From a virus (lineage: Duplodnaviria; Caudoviricetes), in IMG/VR virus record IMGVR_UViG_3300033121_001571: DNA of 64,000 nucleotides. One strand, given 5' to 3'. Made by a program: the position numbers and the translations under genes. The notes below the pieces were generated by a model, which made no database searches, was not told the origin of the DNA, and worked only from the letters and a program-made list of their open reading frames with translations. Positions 26,911 to 36,318 of the stretch are shown here, in pieces (the first letter of the stretch is position 1; each line of letters opens with the position of its first letter).

Positions 26911-28584
26911 TCACTGGATTCCAGCAAGCTTTGCCCACCTATCTGCCTCAGCAGACTCATTTAAAGCAACGCTTGATGTGCGTGCTACAGGCTTAGATGA
27001 AGAACCAAGAGTTGACTTTGACTCAGCCACAACCTTCTTCTTCCCGTCTAAGAGCGCGCGCTTGATGCTCTCGTACACTAACTTAACTTCTCTAGGGTTT
27101 TTTGCCTCAGCCAACTGATCAACAACAGCTGATTTCTGAGACTGAGTCAATGACTCATCCTGTAAAAGTTTGTTTGCGTATGTTAAGCGAACGTTGTCCA
27201 GATTTACCTTGGCCAACTTGTTACGAAGAGGATTTGAACTCTCCGTTAGTGAAGAACCGTTATTTGAACGACTCTGTCTCTCATTCAAAGCCTTTGTCAA
27301 CTTATCAGTAAGTGACTTAGACTCAGTAAACTTTTTGATGAGTTGAACTCTCTTTGCTTTATATGCAGATGCAGCTTTAACGTTGCCCTCTGCCATCGCA
27401 CGGCCTTGAAGAGTTCTAAACTCGTGGATCTTGTTCTTCAACACATTCTGAAGACGCTTGTGTTGGTTGACTCTATTGACTGATTCCTCCATAGGATCAC
27501 AGCTATCATCAGCTTGAACCATGTCAGTTTCAACCATCTCTGATTCTTCCATATCATCATCCATCTCATCATCTTCTGACAAGTCTTCAAGATCTTGATC
27601 CCATACATCACCATTGTCAGAACCATCACCAAATGTTGTTGTATCATGCGATAACTTAGCTTCACGCATAGCTCTCATTCTCTTAATCTCATTTCTGAGC
27701 ATCTTTTCATCAATCTCAACGATTGTGTCATCACTCAATTTAAGCATCTCTCCCATACCCTGATCAGATTCTCCAGAATCTGACAAATCGCCAAGGTCAA
27801 CTTGATCTTCGTTAGATTCATCTCCAGCGTCTAAAGATGCAGAGTCATCTGTTGACTCAGAAGAATCATCTTCATCTTCGTCAGTAACTAAATCTACACC
27901 AACCTCATCTAAATCAATATCGTCTGGTAGACCAGTCAACTTGAGTGTGACATCTGCTTCATCTACTCTGTTGGTGTTTTTCATTTTCTCTTCTCTGATC
28001 TTTTCTAACGACTCATTGCAGTTTTCTAATTTTTCCTCGTAGACTTTCTTTGTTGTAGCGTCTAACTCAGAAATCTCCTGCAAACGATCGTATGTATCTT
28101 GCACTCGTGCAATTACGTCAGAAATTTTGAACAAATATGTTTCTTGTTTAGAAACTTTTGGTGAAACGCTTTCAATTATACGCACTTCACTGCATAATTT
28201 TTTAACTTTCATATCAATTTCTGACAATGCATCTAGGTTAACGAGCTTTTTTACAGTCTCTACGACTGGAACATCATCTTGACCCAATGAATCAAGATCT
28301 AAAGTGATTTTACCTTCTTCGTCAGGAGGGCTTAAAGCTTCGCCACTATTTCCAACGTCTGGCACTGACACATCTGCTTCTGGTTCAAGAAGCACTTGAT
28401 CAACAGGAATACCTGTGTCATCTAATTCAAGATCACTGTTCTCATTCATCAATAAATGAGATTCAATAAACTCCCTTATCTTTGGAGTCACTGCTTCAAT
28501 GATTTTTTTCGTAGCAGACGCTTGAGCGACCTCGCTTACTTGTCGCACGTCAGCTAAAGCGTCCTCGTAAAGTTGTCTGCTCAT
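26911..28584 (-). CDS. Prohead core / scaffolding protein
   Basis: Acidic, coiled-coil protein directly upstream of the MCP, with many L/V-x-E sites and a C-terminal RWAKLAGI. Confidence 0.75.
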   Translation of the reverse strand: MSRQLYEDALADVRQVSEVAQASATKKIIEAVTPKIREFIESHLLMNENSDLELDDTGIPVDQVLLEPEADVSVPDVGNSGEALSPPDEEGKITLDLDSLGQDDVPVVETVKKLVNLDALSEIDMKVKKLCSEVRIIESVSPKVSKQETYLFKISDVIARVQDTYDRLQEISELDATTKKVYEEKLENCNESLEKIREEKMKNTNRVDEADVTLKLTGLPDDIDLDEVGVDLVTDEDEDDSSESTDDSASLDAGDESNEDQVDLGDLSDSGESDQGMGEMLKLSDDTIVEIDEKMLRNEIKRMRAMREAKLSHDTTTFGDGSDNGDVWDQDLEDLSEDDEMDDDMEESEMVETDMVQADDSCDPMEESVNRVNQHKRLQNVLKNKIHEFRTLQGRAMAEGNVKAASAYKAKRVQLIKKFTESKSLTDKLTKALNERQSRSNNGSSLTESSNPLRNKLAKVNLDNVRLTYANKLLQDESLTQSQKSAVVDQLAEAKNPREVKLVYESIKRALLDGKKKVVAESKSTLGSSSKPVARTSSVALNESAEADRWAKLAGIQ

Positions 28585-28595
28585 TTTCTCTTACG

Positions 28596-28602
28596 TAAGT
28601 AT
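28596..28602 (-). promoter_or_regulatory. Putative late promoter ATACTTA (scaffold-MCP)
   Basis: Member of the ATAnTTA family. Confidence 0.6.
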
Positions 28603-28612
28603 ATCGCAGAGT

Positions 28613-29149
28613 TCACGAATTTGTGCCAGAATCTCCAAGAATACCTGGTTTGCCGAGCAAATTTGCATCGTGCATCTTTGGACCAGTCACAGTTGGAGAT
28701 TTTGTACCAGTACCAGGAGCACCTGGGACATAATTTGGCTTGATATCAGCAACAGCAATCTGCGGATCTACTGACTTATCTGTACCTTCAGTTTTGCCAG
28801 GTCCAGGAGATGTGATATCAGGAATGTAAGAATTTGCAGGATCACCGGGACTATTCCAAACAACATCTGCACCTTCAGCTGTATTTGGAGCTTGCACAGG
28901 CGCATTCAAAGCGCTATAGTCAAGGTAAACACCATTTGGGAAAAATCCAGTATCACCCTGTTGTAAAACAGGTTGTAACAGATTTTTCCCCATCTCAACC
29001 ACAACTTCTCTTGCTTCTACTTCTTTTCCCACGAGATCTTGTGTGGGTGACTGTAAAACAGGATCTGTGCTCTTGAAAAGCTTATTCAATAACGTGTTTT
29101 TAGTAGATGCAACAGGAGCGTATGTTGTGTATTTACCTTGACCTGACAT
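28613..29149 (-). CDS. Pro/Gly-rich head-module protein
   Basis: Located in the head operon; likely start MSGQGKY at 29149 with a GAGG SD. Confidence 0.55.
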   Translation of the reverse strand: MSGQGKYTTYAPVASTKNTLLNKLFKSTDPVLQSPTQDLVGKEVEAREVVVEMGKNLLQPVLQQGDTGFFPNGVYLDYSALNAPVQAPNTAEGADVVWNSPGDPANSYIPDITSPGPGKTEGTDKSVDPQIAVADIKPNYVPGAPGTGTKSPTVTGPKMHDANLLGKPGILGDSGTNS

Positions 29150-29175
29150 GTTCGCCTCAATGATATCTATGTTGA

Positions 29176-29427
29176 TCAATCAATAGCAATCTCACGCGCA
29201 AGCTTCAATTTTGCTTCTTGAATCTTTTCAAGGCGCTTCTTGAGTCTTGTTTCTTCTATTTTTAACGCTTTAGCGTAATCAATCTTCTTCTCAAGCGAAT
29301 CGGCAAGCTCATCAGCTTCAGTTTCCTCTGCGGAAACATCTGCAGGATCTTTCATCTTGCCAAACTTACCAGCTTCTTCTTTTACAAGCTGACGTAACAA
29401 ATCTTTTGTGAGTTTTACAGTCTTCAT
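29176..29427 (-). CDS. Small head-module protein with the shared leader
   Basis: MKTVKLTKDLLRQLVKEEA followed by a coiled coil. Confidence 0.6.
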   Translation of the reverse strand: MKTVKLTKDLLRQLVKEEAGKFGKMKDPADVSAEETEADELADSLEKKIDYAKALKIEETRLKKRLEKIQEAKLKLAREIAID

Positions 29428-29454
29428 GGTATTTGTGTGTACCTTCACAAGTAA

Positions 29455-29859
29455 CTATTTGTTAAACGCGAGAAATTCCCAATTTTTTGTCATTTCTGGT
29501 CCGAATATATCAGTTGGGTCTCCTTCAAAGTGCTCAACGCTATTCATTGTAGGCGTAACTGAGTGTCCATTATCACCTGCATTTTGCATTTTCACAAGTG
29601 TTGTCTTTGCAGTGTTTTCAAAAATTGACTGCATTAACTTGTTTCCCTGAGCAACGTTTGTTATAGCTTCTTTCAATGGAGTGTCAAGAACAGGATTAAA
29701 TTTCCTAGGTTGAGGCACTTGAGAACGTTTTTGAACTTCTTGGACTGGTGATTTCCTTTGTTCTGCTAAGTTAAACTGCGTCGTAGTCAAACCCTCAGCC
29801 AAAATCTCAACTAAACATTCTTTTATGATCGATTTGAGTTGTTGTCTTGAAAGTTTCAT
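29455..29859 (-). CDS. Head-module protein with the shared leader
   Basis: Begins MKLSRQQLKSIIKECLVEILAE. Confidence 0.65.
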   Translation of the reverse strand: MKLSRQQLKSIIKECLVEILAEGLTTTQFNLAEQRKSPVQEVQKRSQVPQPRKFNPVLDTPLKEAITNVAQGNKLMQSIFENTAKTTLVKMQNAGDNGHSVTPTMNSVEHFEGDPTDIFGPEMTKNWEFLAFNK

Positions 29860-30236
29860 CAGCCCACCGTCAAACCGTTACTACCCGTGAACAGCGCAAC
29901 GTTAGTTGGATCAATCGTTGTCTGCGCAGCATATACACTAAAAGTGACCGTACCTGCAGTTGAATAAAAAAACATTGATCTCGTACGTACGTCAAATTCT
30001 TGTGTCACAGAACCAGAAACAAGAAAATAGTTTCCTCCCATAACACCTAATCTAGAAAATCCAACTCTTAAATCAGTTCCTGCTAAACTTGTGTTGCACA
30101 CCTTGACTGATTTTGTCACTTTGTCAAAATCAATCCTAACAACGTTTCCCGCTGAAACGTTTGAAGATGTAACAAATGGTATACCAGAAACCATGTACTC
30201 TGGTGCTGAGTTAAATGATGAACGTGGCCAATCCAT
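29859..30236 (-). CDS. Small beta-rich putative virion (decoration) protein
   Basis: 125 aa, directly after the prohead protease. Confidence 0.55.
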   Translation of the reverse strand: MDWPRSSFNSAPEYMVSGIPFVTSSNVSAGNVVRIDFDKVTKSVKVCNTSLAGTDLRVGFSRLGVMGGNYFLVSGSVTQEFDVRTRSMFFYSTAGTVTFSVYAAQTTIDPTNVALFTGSNGLTVG

Positions 30237-30238
30237 TG

Positions 30239-30838
30239 TTACCTCTTTAAAGTCAGAATCTCATTTAAGATTCTGTCTATTCTGACTGAACGTCCAAAAA
30301 ATTGATCTATCTCTTTTCTTGAAACAACTTTGTTTTCTGTGAAAAGAAAAGCTCCTGGCGTCGATGGCTCAGAAACAATATCAAAACAAATCAATTGGTA
30401 ATCATTCTGCACAACATCATAATCACCATCTTTCTTTGTAGTACCCACTCCACGTGAAGATATTCCAATTTGGACTTTTGACTCAATGAGAGATCTTAGA
30501 GTTTGACCCATAGGCGTATTTAAAACTTCGACAGTTCCATACACTTCATTTCCTTTCATCTCTAAAGATCTAACGATGTGTGAAACATTTTTCAACGATA
30601 TCACAGACTCTGGAGGGTGGTCCAACTCGCCTAAAGCACGGTTCTCTAGAATAAATTTTTGATAGTTCCTCACTTCACGCTCTAAAACGTTCTGAGGATA
30701 AATTCTACCATTTTGGTTAAGAGTGTCTGCTTTTTGTAAAATTCCCTTAAGAATTATAGAACTCTTGTTAGTCTCTACGTCTTCTTTTAAAGTATAAGAG
30801 AACGGCATATAGCTTGTAATCTCTCTCAAGTCACTCAC
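30239..30838 (-). CDS. Prohead core protease (T4 gp21-like)
   Basis: NQNGRIYP, ALGELDHP, VSH, TPMG, GISSRGVG and DIVSEPSTPGAF. Confidence 0.93.
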   Translation of the reverse strand: MSDLREITSYMPFSYTLKEDVETNKSSIILKGILQKADTLNQNGRIYPQNVLEREVRNYQKFILENRALGELDHPPESVISLKNVSHIVRSLEMKGNEVYGTVEVLNTPMGQTLRSLIESKVQIGISSRGVGTTKKDGDYDVVQNDYQLICFDIVSEPSTPGAFLFTENKVVSRKEIDQFFGRSVRIDRILNEILTLKR

Positions 30839-31688
30839 TCTTACCTCCAGACAACTCGTTATCTAGTTGTAGATATAGCATGACTCTAGCAATAGTCTGA
30901 TCATCAATAATGTCAAATTGCTCTAGCACAAGTTGTTCTTTGAATGTTTTTAGTTTTTCTGTCACTAGATTGTCTAAGTTTTGTGCTCTAGAATCAATGT
31001 TTTCTAACAGATTAGTTTTTATTTGAGTAAGTTTTTCTCTGATTTTTTCAGAATTTGAATTAGCTTCACTAAAAGCATATGTTCTTAACAAGTCTTTTTG
31101 CTCTGGTGTCAAAACGTTAGAATACTTCTCATTTAACTTTCTAGTGATCACATGCATAAGAGCACGAGCGGTGTTAGTTGATAAAGAATTTTCTGAAATC
31201 GTCTGTACTTTACTTGACTTATCTTTCAACAACCATTTGACTACTTCATCTTCATACTGTGCTAACCTTCTAAGATCTGGCTCTGATGATCTCCAATCTT
31301 CAAATAGAGTGTGAATAGTTGAAAGAATCTTGTAATCGTCAACGTGACGATCATAAAAATCTGGATCTTGCAGGCTTTTATTTATAGAATCTATCAGATA
31401 TGATTTTTCTTTCTCAAGTTTTGTTCTGTCTCTTTTTCTAGCGGCAAGCTTTGCTTCTTGTAAGATGTTATATGCAACTGCTTCTGAAGAGACTGTTGTT
31501 TTATGAAGAGCATTTACAAGACGAAATTCTTTGTATATCTCTGAATCAGGTTTGAAATATTTCTTCATCAAGTGGAGCGCTCTCTTCGAGTCTTTGTTTT
31601 CACCCTCAACAAGAGAGTGTGACATCTTCAAGATCAAAAATTCATAAAGTAAACCAACATTTCTTTTCTTTTTTGACTTAGCTGGCAT
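30831..31688 (-). CDS. Head-module protein between portal and protease
   Basis: 285-aa helical ORF beginning KKRNVGLLYEFL. Confidence 0.6.
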   Translation of the reverse strand: MPAKSKKKRNVGLLYEFLILKMSHSLVEGENKDSKRALHLMKKYFKPDSEIYKEFRLVNALHKTTVSSEAVAYNILQEAKLAARKRDRTKLEKEKSYLIDSINKSLQDPDFYDRHVDDYKILSTIHTLFEDWRSSEPDLRRLAQYEDEVVKWLLKDKSSKVQTISENSLSTNTARALMHVITRKLNEKYSNVLTPEQKDLLRTYAFSEANSNSEKIREKLTQIKTNLLENIDSRAQNLDNLVTEKLKTFKEQLVLEQFDIIDDQTIARVMLYLQLDNELSGGKSE

Positions 31689-31715
31689 TAGTGATTACTC
31701 GAAGAGATTCGCTCT

Positions 31716-33710
31716 TCAATCCTCGTCATCACTAATTATATCCAGCTCTTCTGACACGTCAAAATACTGTTTCTCAGCATTTTCTGTCAAGACTTTTTTA
31801 TTTGCAAAATGTTTGTTCATTTTGTTCAAAGATGCTTGAATGTCTTGAGTAACTCTTGTCTTTTCATACAAGAATTCATCTTTTTCTCTGCGCATAAATC
31901 CATCAACTAAAGGATTTGTTACCACTGATTTAGCACTTGCCTGGTCGTATGGATCTGAAAATGATTTATCGGATGATGTCATCTTATAGTGATCGGGCAT
32001 ATGTGTCTTACTTGCACCGTGAGTTCTTTTACGTGAACGATTGTAAAGCACTTTTTTAATGTGTGAATTTGGTTTAATTGGTGCTTTATCAAGCTCAAAT
32101 CTAAGATTGATATCATCACTATCATCATAATCAGAAGACGTAAGCAACTCAACACCTGGTTCATCTAACTCTTCTGGTTCATCTTCTGCGTTTTCAGGTG
32201 GCGGTGTCTCTTCAGCAGGTTCTGCAACAGGTTCTGTTTCGCCGCCCCCGAATAGTCCCTCGTCACCGCCAGATAATTCTTCGCCACCACCAACAGCTGC
32301 TTCTATTGATGCATCTGTCAATTTTTCTTGAAGCCTCTGGCGTTTGATAGATTCAATCTCTTCAGAGTTCAGATCCCAAATATTTCTCTGAATAAACTCT
32401 TGAGAACCCATATTCTCTGGCATAGACGCAGCAATCTCAAACTTTGTCCTCCACAGTTCTAATTTCTGTTGTTGAGCAACAGTCGATGGATTTGAGAGTC
32501 TCAACACAAAATTTTGCAAATCACTGCTTGTGAATCCCTTTGCATACAGGTGAATGATTGCGATCTTGTTTAACTCTGACAAAAACATCTTTTGAATGCT
32601 GTTGATCGTTCTAGAAAACCTTATGTCTTCTTGTGAAAGAGTTGACTTAGAACCTAACATTTCATCATATCCCAAATAAGCTCTTGGAATCTTAAGAGCT
32701 GCAAATAACTTCTTTTGTATGTACGCAACATCTTCAATTGCAGCAGTGTTCTGGCCGCCAGCGAGTGTGTCAATCTTTGTGCCTGAATCACCACCACGAA
32801 CAGGCAACAGATAATCTTCATCAACTGACATACCGTTGTATCTAAGATCTACTCTACCAGTTGCTCTATCAACAACTTGGTTAGTGCGCATTCTAGCTCT
32901 TTGTTCTTCAACATAATTTGCAACATCTTCTGGTGCTAAGTTTCCTACGTCTATGTAAAAGACTCTTCTTTCAGGAGCACGAGTGATTCTATAAACTAAC
33001 ATCGCATCTTCAATTAAGATCAGTTGTCTCCAGATCCTTCTTGCACCCTCTAAGACTGATGAACCATACGGAAGAAATGTGTCATTGCTCAATAGTCGAA
33101 AGTGCGTGACTTCCCAATTTTCAAGTGTTCTGTTTCCCATAGTTGCCCACCTGAACCGCACGCCAAATGGATCTTGTGGGTCAAAGTTTTCTTCTCTTTC
33201 AATTTCATTGACAGGAATTGGAATAACGTTAATGATTCCATCAACAGGGTGGACATCATTCAACAAAAACGTATCACCAAATTTACATGCATTCCTAACC
33301 CAAGGTTTGAAATTAAACTCTATGTTGATGATATCATAAAATAATTCTTCTAAGACTTCTTGAATTTTTTCATTATTTGAGTGAATATGCAAGATTCTAC
33401 CTTTGTCATTTTGTGCACATATCTCTTCTGCGTATATGTCAAGAGCCGAAGACAACTCAGGCGTCTGTTCCATCTCCTGAAAGTCTTGATATCTCATCAT
33501 TCTTTCAGCAATGTTATAAGCGTTGCCAGTGATATTGCTATACGTTGGTGTGATAGACTTACTGAATAACAATGCACCAGATGACTTTGTTCTGTCTGGC
33601 ACAGCTGCTACAGTGTCAATACTTCTGATTTTTTTCTTAACAACAGGACCAGATCTGAAAAGTTTAGTTAATCTAGAAAATAGAGTCCTAGAATCATTCT
33701 TTTTTGCCAT
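31716..33710 (-). CDS. Portal protein (T4 gp20-like)
   Basis: EDAMLVYRITRAPERRVFYIDVGNL, EDY.LPVRG..SGTKIDTLAGG and YIQKKLFAALKIP; acidic C-terminal extension. Confidence 0.95.
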   Translation of the reverse strand: MAKKNDSRTLFSRLTKLFRSGPVVKKKIRSIDTVAAVPDRTKSSGALLFSKSITPTYSNITGNAYNIAERMMRYQDFQEMEQTPELSSALDIYAEEICAQNDKGRILHIHSNNEKIQEVLEELFYDIINIEFNFKPWVRNACKFGDTFLLNDVHPVDGIINVIPIPVNEIEREENFDPQDPFGVRFRWATMGNRTLENWEVTHFRLLSNDTFLPYGSSVLEGARRIWRQLILIEDAMLVYRITRAPERRVFYIDVGNLAPEDVANYVEEQRARMRTNQVVDRATGRVDLRYNGMSVDEDYLLPVRGGDSGTKIDTLAGGQNTAAIEDVAYIQKKLFAALKIPRAYLGYDEMLGSKSTLSQEDIRFSRTINSIQKMFLSELNKIAIIHLYAKGFTSSDLQNFVLRLSNPSTVAQQQKLELWRTKFEIAASMPENMGSQEFIQRNIWDLNSEEIESIKRQRLQEKLTDASIEAAVGGGEELSGGDEGLFGGGETEPVAEPAEETPPPENAEDEPEELDEPGVELLTSSDYDDSDDINLRFELDKAPIKPNSHIKKVLYNRSRKRTHGASKTHMPDHYKMTSSDKSFSDPYDQASAKSVVTNPLVDGFMRREKDEFLYEKTRVTQDIQASLNKMNKHFANKKVLTENAEKQYFDVSEELDIISDDED

Positions 33711-33767
33711 GTAAACTCATACTAAATAATATGAACAAAAAAGCTCAATGAACAAGAGTCATGTTTG

Positions 33768-34058
33768 TCAATCAACTTTTCTTAACGAGACTATTTTTCT
33801 CTTCTTTGCGTACACATAAGAAGATGGTGTACTGATCATATCAGTTAAAGTTTTCTTGAGTGCTTCTAAAGATCTGCTGACGGAACTCAACGCATGAGGA
33901 TTTTTATCTTTCAAATTAGACTCAAACTTCTCAATAGCAGACAACAACTTACTTGCATTTGCTACAACTAAGCTCATTGCACTGTGCTCAGAGCCTTCAT
34001 TTATAGACTCAAGTTCTTCTTTGACTAATTTTCTGATAAACTCTTCTGAAACATTCAT
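33768..34058 (-). CDS. Small protein with the shared leader
   Basis: MNVSEEFIRKLVKEELESINE; ATAATTA motif 5 nt upstream of this ATG. Confidence 0.6.
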   Translation of the reverse strand: MNVSEEFIRKLVKEELESINEGSEHSAMSLVVANASKLLSAIEKFESNLKDKNPHALSSVSRSLEALKKTLTDMISTPSSYVYAKKRKIVSLRKVD

Positions 34059-34069
34059 GTTGTTAATTA

Positions 34070-35665
34070 TCACTTGAACAACCAACTCATATTAGAAAGT
34101 TCTTTTGGCAAAGAACTGTTTGCGATTTTAGGGTGTGCAATTGTTTTTGTTGTCATAATAGCGTTATTTGCAACTTGAACTTGATCCTTGTAAAGAGAAT
34201 TTTTTGTAACAGACATAGCTTTTAATATTGCTCTTTGCATATCATCATCATTTGTTGTCTGCACAGTCGATTCTCCTAACGTTAACCACACGCCTATTGC
34301 TAGCGACATGATCAAATCATCATACCCATCTTTTGTAGATTCAGGCCTGTTACCGTTCCAGATAAATGTCAATAACTGATCATATAACCTGCTAGAGTAA
34401 GTCTTGATCAAGCGATTTCTTAACGTTTCTTCTAACTTTGACAACATAGTCAAACGATTTTTTGAAGTAGTGATAAATCCTGGAATGTCTGTCTGTTTAG
34501 GTCCTGTTTCTTTACTAACTTTGTATTTCTTTTCATAGAACAAGTTCTTATATCCTAGATCTCTGATCTTGACATTTGTCAAGTACCCGAATGTGTTCTG
34601 TTCAACTACAACAAATGCTTCATTGTATTTTGAAGCCCAGAACATGATCAAGTCCGCTAATTTCTCAGGTGGTATCTTACCCATATACTCAGCAACTACA
34701 GAACAATCAATTTTGTCGATAATGTGAAATGCAGAATAGTCTTTAGCGTCTCCCCTTGAAACATCTGCTGACAACAAGTACTCACGGTCAGGTATTGGCT
34801 CTGACCAGATCCAAACATTTCTATCGTTACCTGCTTTCGCAATAGGAATGAGCGTGTGTTTTTTTATGTTTTCAAGATCATCAGCTTGTAAAAATGTGTC
34901 TCCAGATGCAATGAATGAACACTCATATTCTTGAGCAATCTTCTTCCTTGAAAGAGATTTTGTCTCTTGAACAAACCAAGCTCGATCACGTTCAGGATGA
35001 ACATCCCACATAAGTTTTATGGGATTAAATCCGTTTACTCCTGCTTCAGCTTCCACCCACAAATCGTGATAAATTCCACCAACACCATTTGGAGATGAAA
35101 TCAAGATCACATCACCACCAGTAGAAACTGTTGGTTGAAGACCAGTCCAAATATCATCAAAGTCATCAATGTGAGCACACTCATCAATGATTAGAAGCGA
35201 TAGTGCCTCTGATCTACCTGCGTCTGGAGACGTTGGGATTGCTTTGATTTTTGATCCGTTATTAAACGTAACTTGTTGTTTTGATGGTTCAAATTTTGGA
35301 AGAAGCAACCATTCAGGTAAGTTGTTAAGAACAACCTTGACCTTGTCAATCATGTTGATAGCTGTGGGCAATTTAGTTGCAATAACAAGTATATTTTTGT
35401 CTTTATGAAAAATGGCCATCCACACAGCATATGCTGCTGTCACAGTAGACAAACCTAATTGTCTTGACTTACAACATATGTTTAACCTGTTGTTCATAAA
35501 CATATTCAAACAATCATCTTGAAATGGATACGTCTTAAATGGCAACAGACCTTTTGTCGGGTGTTGGATTTTAACGTAGTTGTTCAAAAAATAGATAGGA
35601 TCTCTTCCACACTTTAATATCTCTTTAATCTGTTGTTTTTTTGCTAGCTCACTGTTGAGACTCAT
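34070..35665 (-). CDS. Terminase large subunit (T4 gp17-like)
   Basis: YPFQ, Walker A KSRQLGLS, Walker B LIIDE, coupling motif SSPNG, and nuclease motifs SADVSRG..DYS and DDLIMS. Confidence 0.95.
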   Translation of the reverse strand: MSLNSELAKKQQIKEILKCGRDPIYFLNNYVKIQHPTKGLLPFKTYPFQDDCLNMFMNNRLNICCKSRQLGLSTVTAAYAVWMAIFHKDKNILVIATKLPTAINMIDKVKVVLNNLPEWLLLPKFEPSKQQVTFNNGSKIKAIPTSPDAGRSEALSLLIIDECAHIDDFDDIWTGLQPTVSTGGDVILISSPNGVGGIYHDLWVEAEAGVNGFNPIKLMWDVHPERDRAWFVQETKSLSRKKIAQEYECSFIASGDTFLQADDLENIKKHTLIPIAKAGNDRNVWIWSEPIPDREYLLSADVSRGDAKDYSAFHIIDKIDCSVVAEYMGKIPPEKLADLIMFWASKYNEAFVVVEQNTFGYLTNVKIRDLGYKNLFYEKKYKVSKETGPKQTDIPGFITTSKNRLTMLSKLEETLRNRLIKTYSSRLYDQLLTFIWNGNRPESTKDGYDDLIMSLAIGVWLTLGESTVQTTNDDDMQRAILKAMSVTKNSLYKDQVQVANNAIMTTKTIAHPKIANSSLPKELSNMSWLFK

Positions 35666-36042
35666 GATATCTCTACTGACATCTTTGATCTAAACAACGC
35701 TTGTCTAGTTGCTGAAAATACTGTCATATTGACCATGTCAAATCCATCTTCAGAATTAACTAACTTCAATGACAAAGATTTTCCAGTCAAGTCTTTATAT
35801 CTTTTTTTGATGCTTTTTAGTGTTGCACTTAACACAACTTCAGCTTCACTCTTGGCTTTTTTCTTTGCCACAGCATGATCGTGAAACGATGATATGTTAA
35901 CATAAGTTTGAAACGTAACTAACATCATGTCTGCATTTAACATAGAAATCTTGACAGAGTATCCACTGGTATTTGGAGTAGAACTTCTACCCCAAGTAGT
36001 GTCTATAACTTGCCCAAGTGCATTAAAGTCAATGTTACTCAT
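35662..36042 (-). CDS. Hypothetical protein coupled to the terminase
   Basis: 126 aa; ATGA overlap with the terminase; ATATTTA motif upstream. Confidence 0.6.
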   Translation of the reverse strand: MSNIDFNALGQVIDTTWGRSSTPNTSGYSVKISMLNADMMLVTFQTYVNISSFHDHAVAKKKAKSEAEVVLSATLKSIKKRYKDLTGKSLSLKLVNSEDGFDMVNMTVFSATRQALFRSKMSVEIS

Positions 36043-36048
36043 CTTGCA

Positions 36049-36318
36049 CTAAATATCAATATTCACAGTCATCTTAGCTCTTTCTTGTATAACTTGTTTT
36101 ATAGCTTCATTGCTTGGCCTGTTACCACTTTCCCACTGTGCTTCTCTACCTTTCACAAACTTGTTAAAACAATACTCACAACAACCGTATTTTTCTGTAT
36201 ACATTTCATCAGTAGTAGTCGTCATAACATACTCACACTGACTACAAAATTGACTCATTTTTTTGATGTCACCAGAAATAACTACAACATAACCGTCTCT
36301 TTTCAGAACGTTATTCAT
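36049..36318 (-). CDS. Small Cys-rich (Zn-finger) protein
   Basis: CSQC...CCEYC; likely start MNNVLK overlapping the sbcC end. Confidence 0.55.
   Translation of the reverse strand: MNNVLKRDGYVVVISGDIKKMSQFCSQCEYVMTTTTDEMYTEKYGCCEYCFNKFVKGREAQWESGNRPSNEAIKQVIQERAKMTVNIDI

Noticed and set aside
35662-36042. Terminase small subunit
   Set aside because: The position fits, but I recognise no supporting motif, so it is left as hypothetical.
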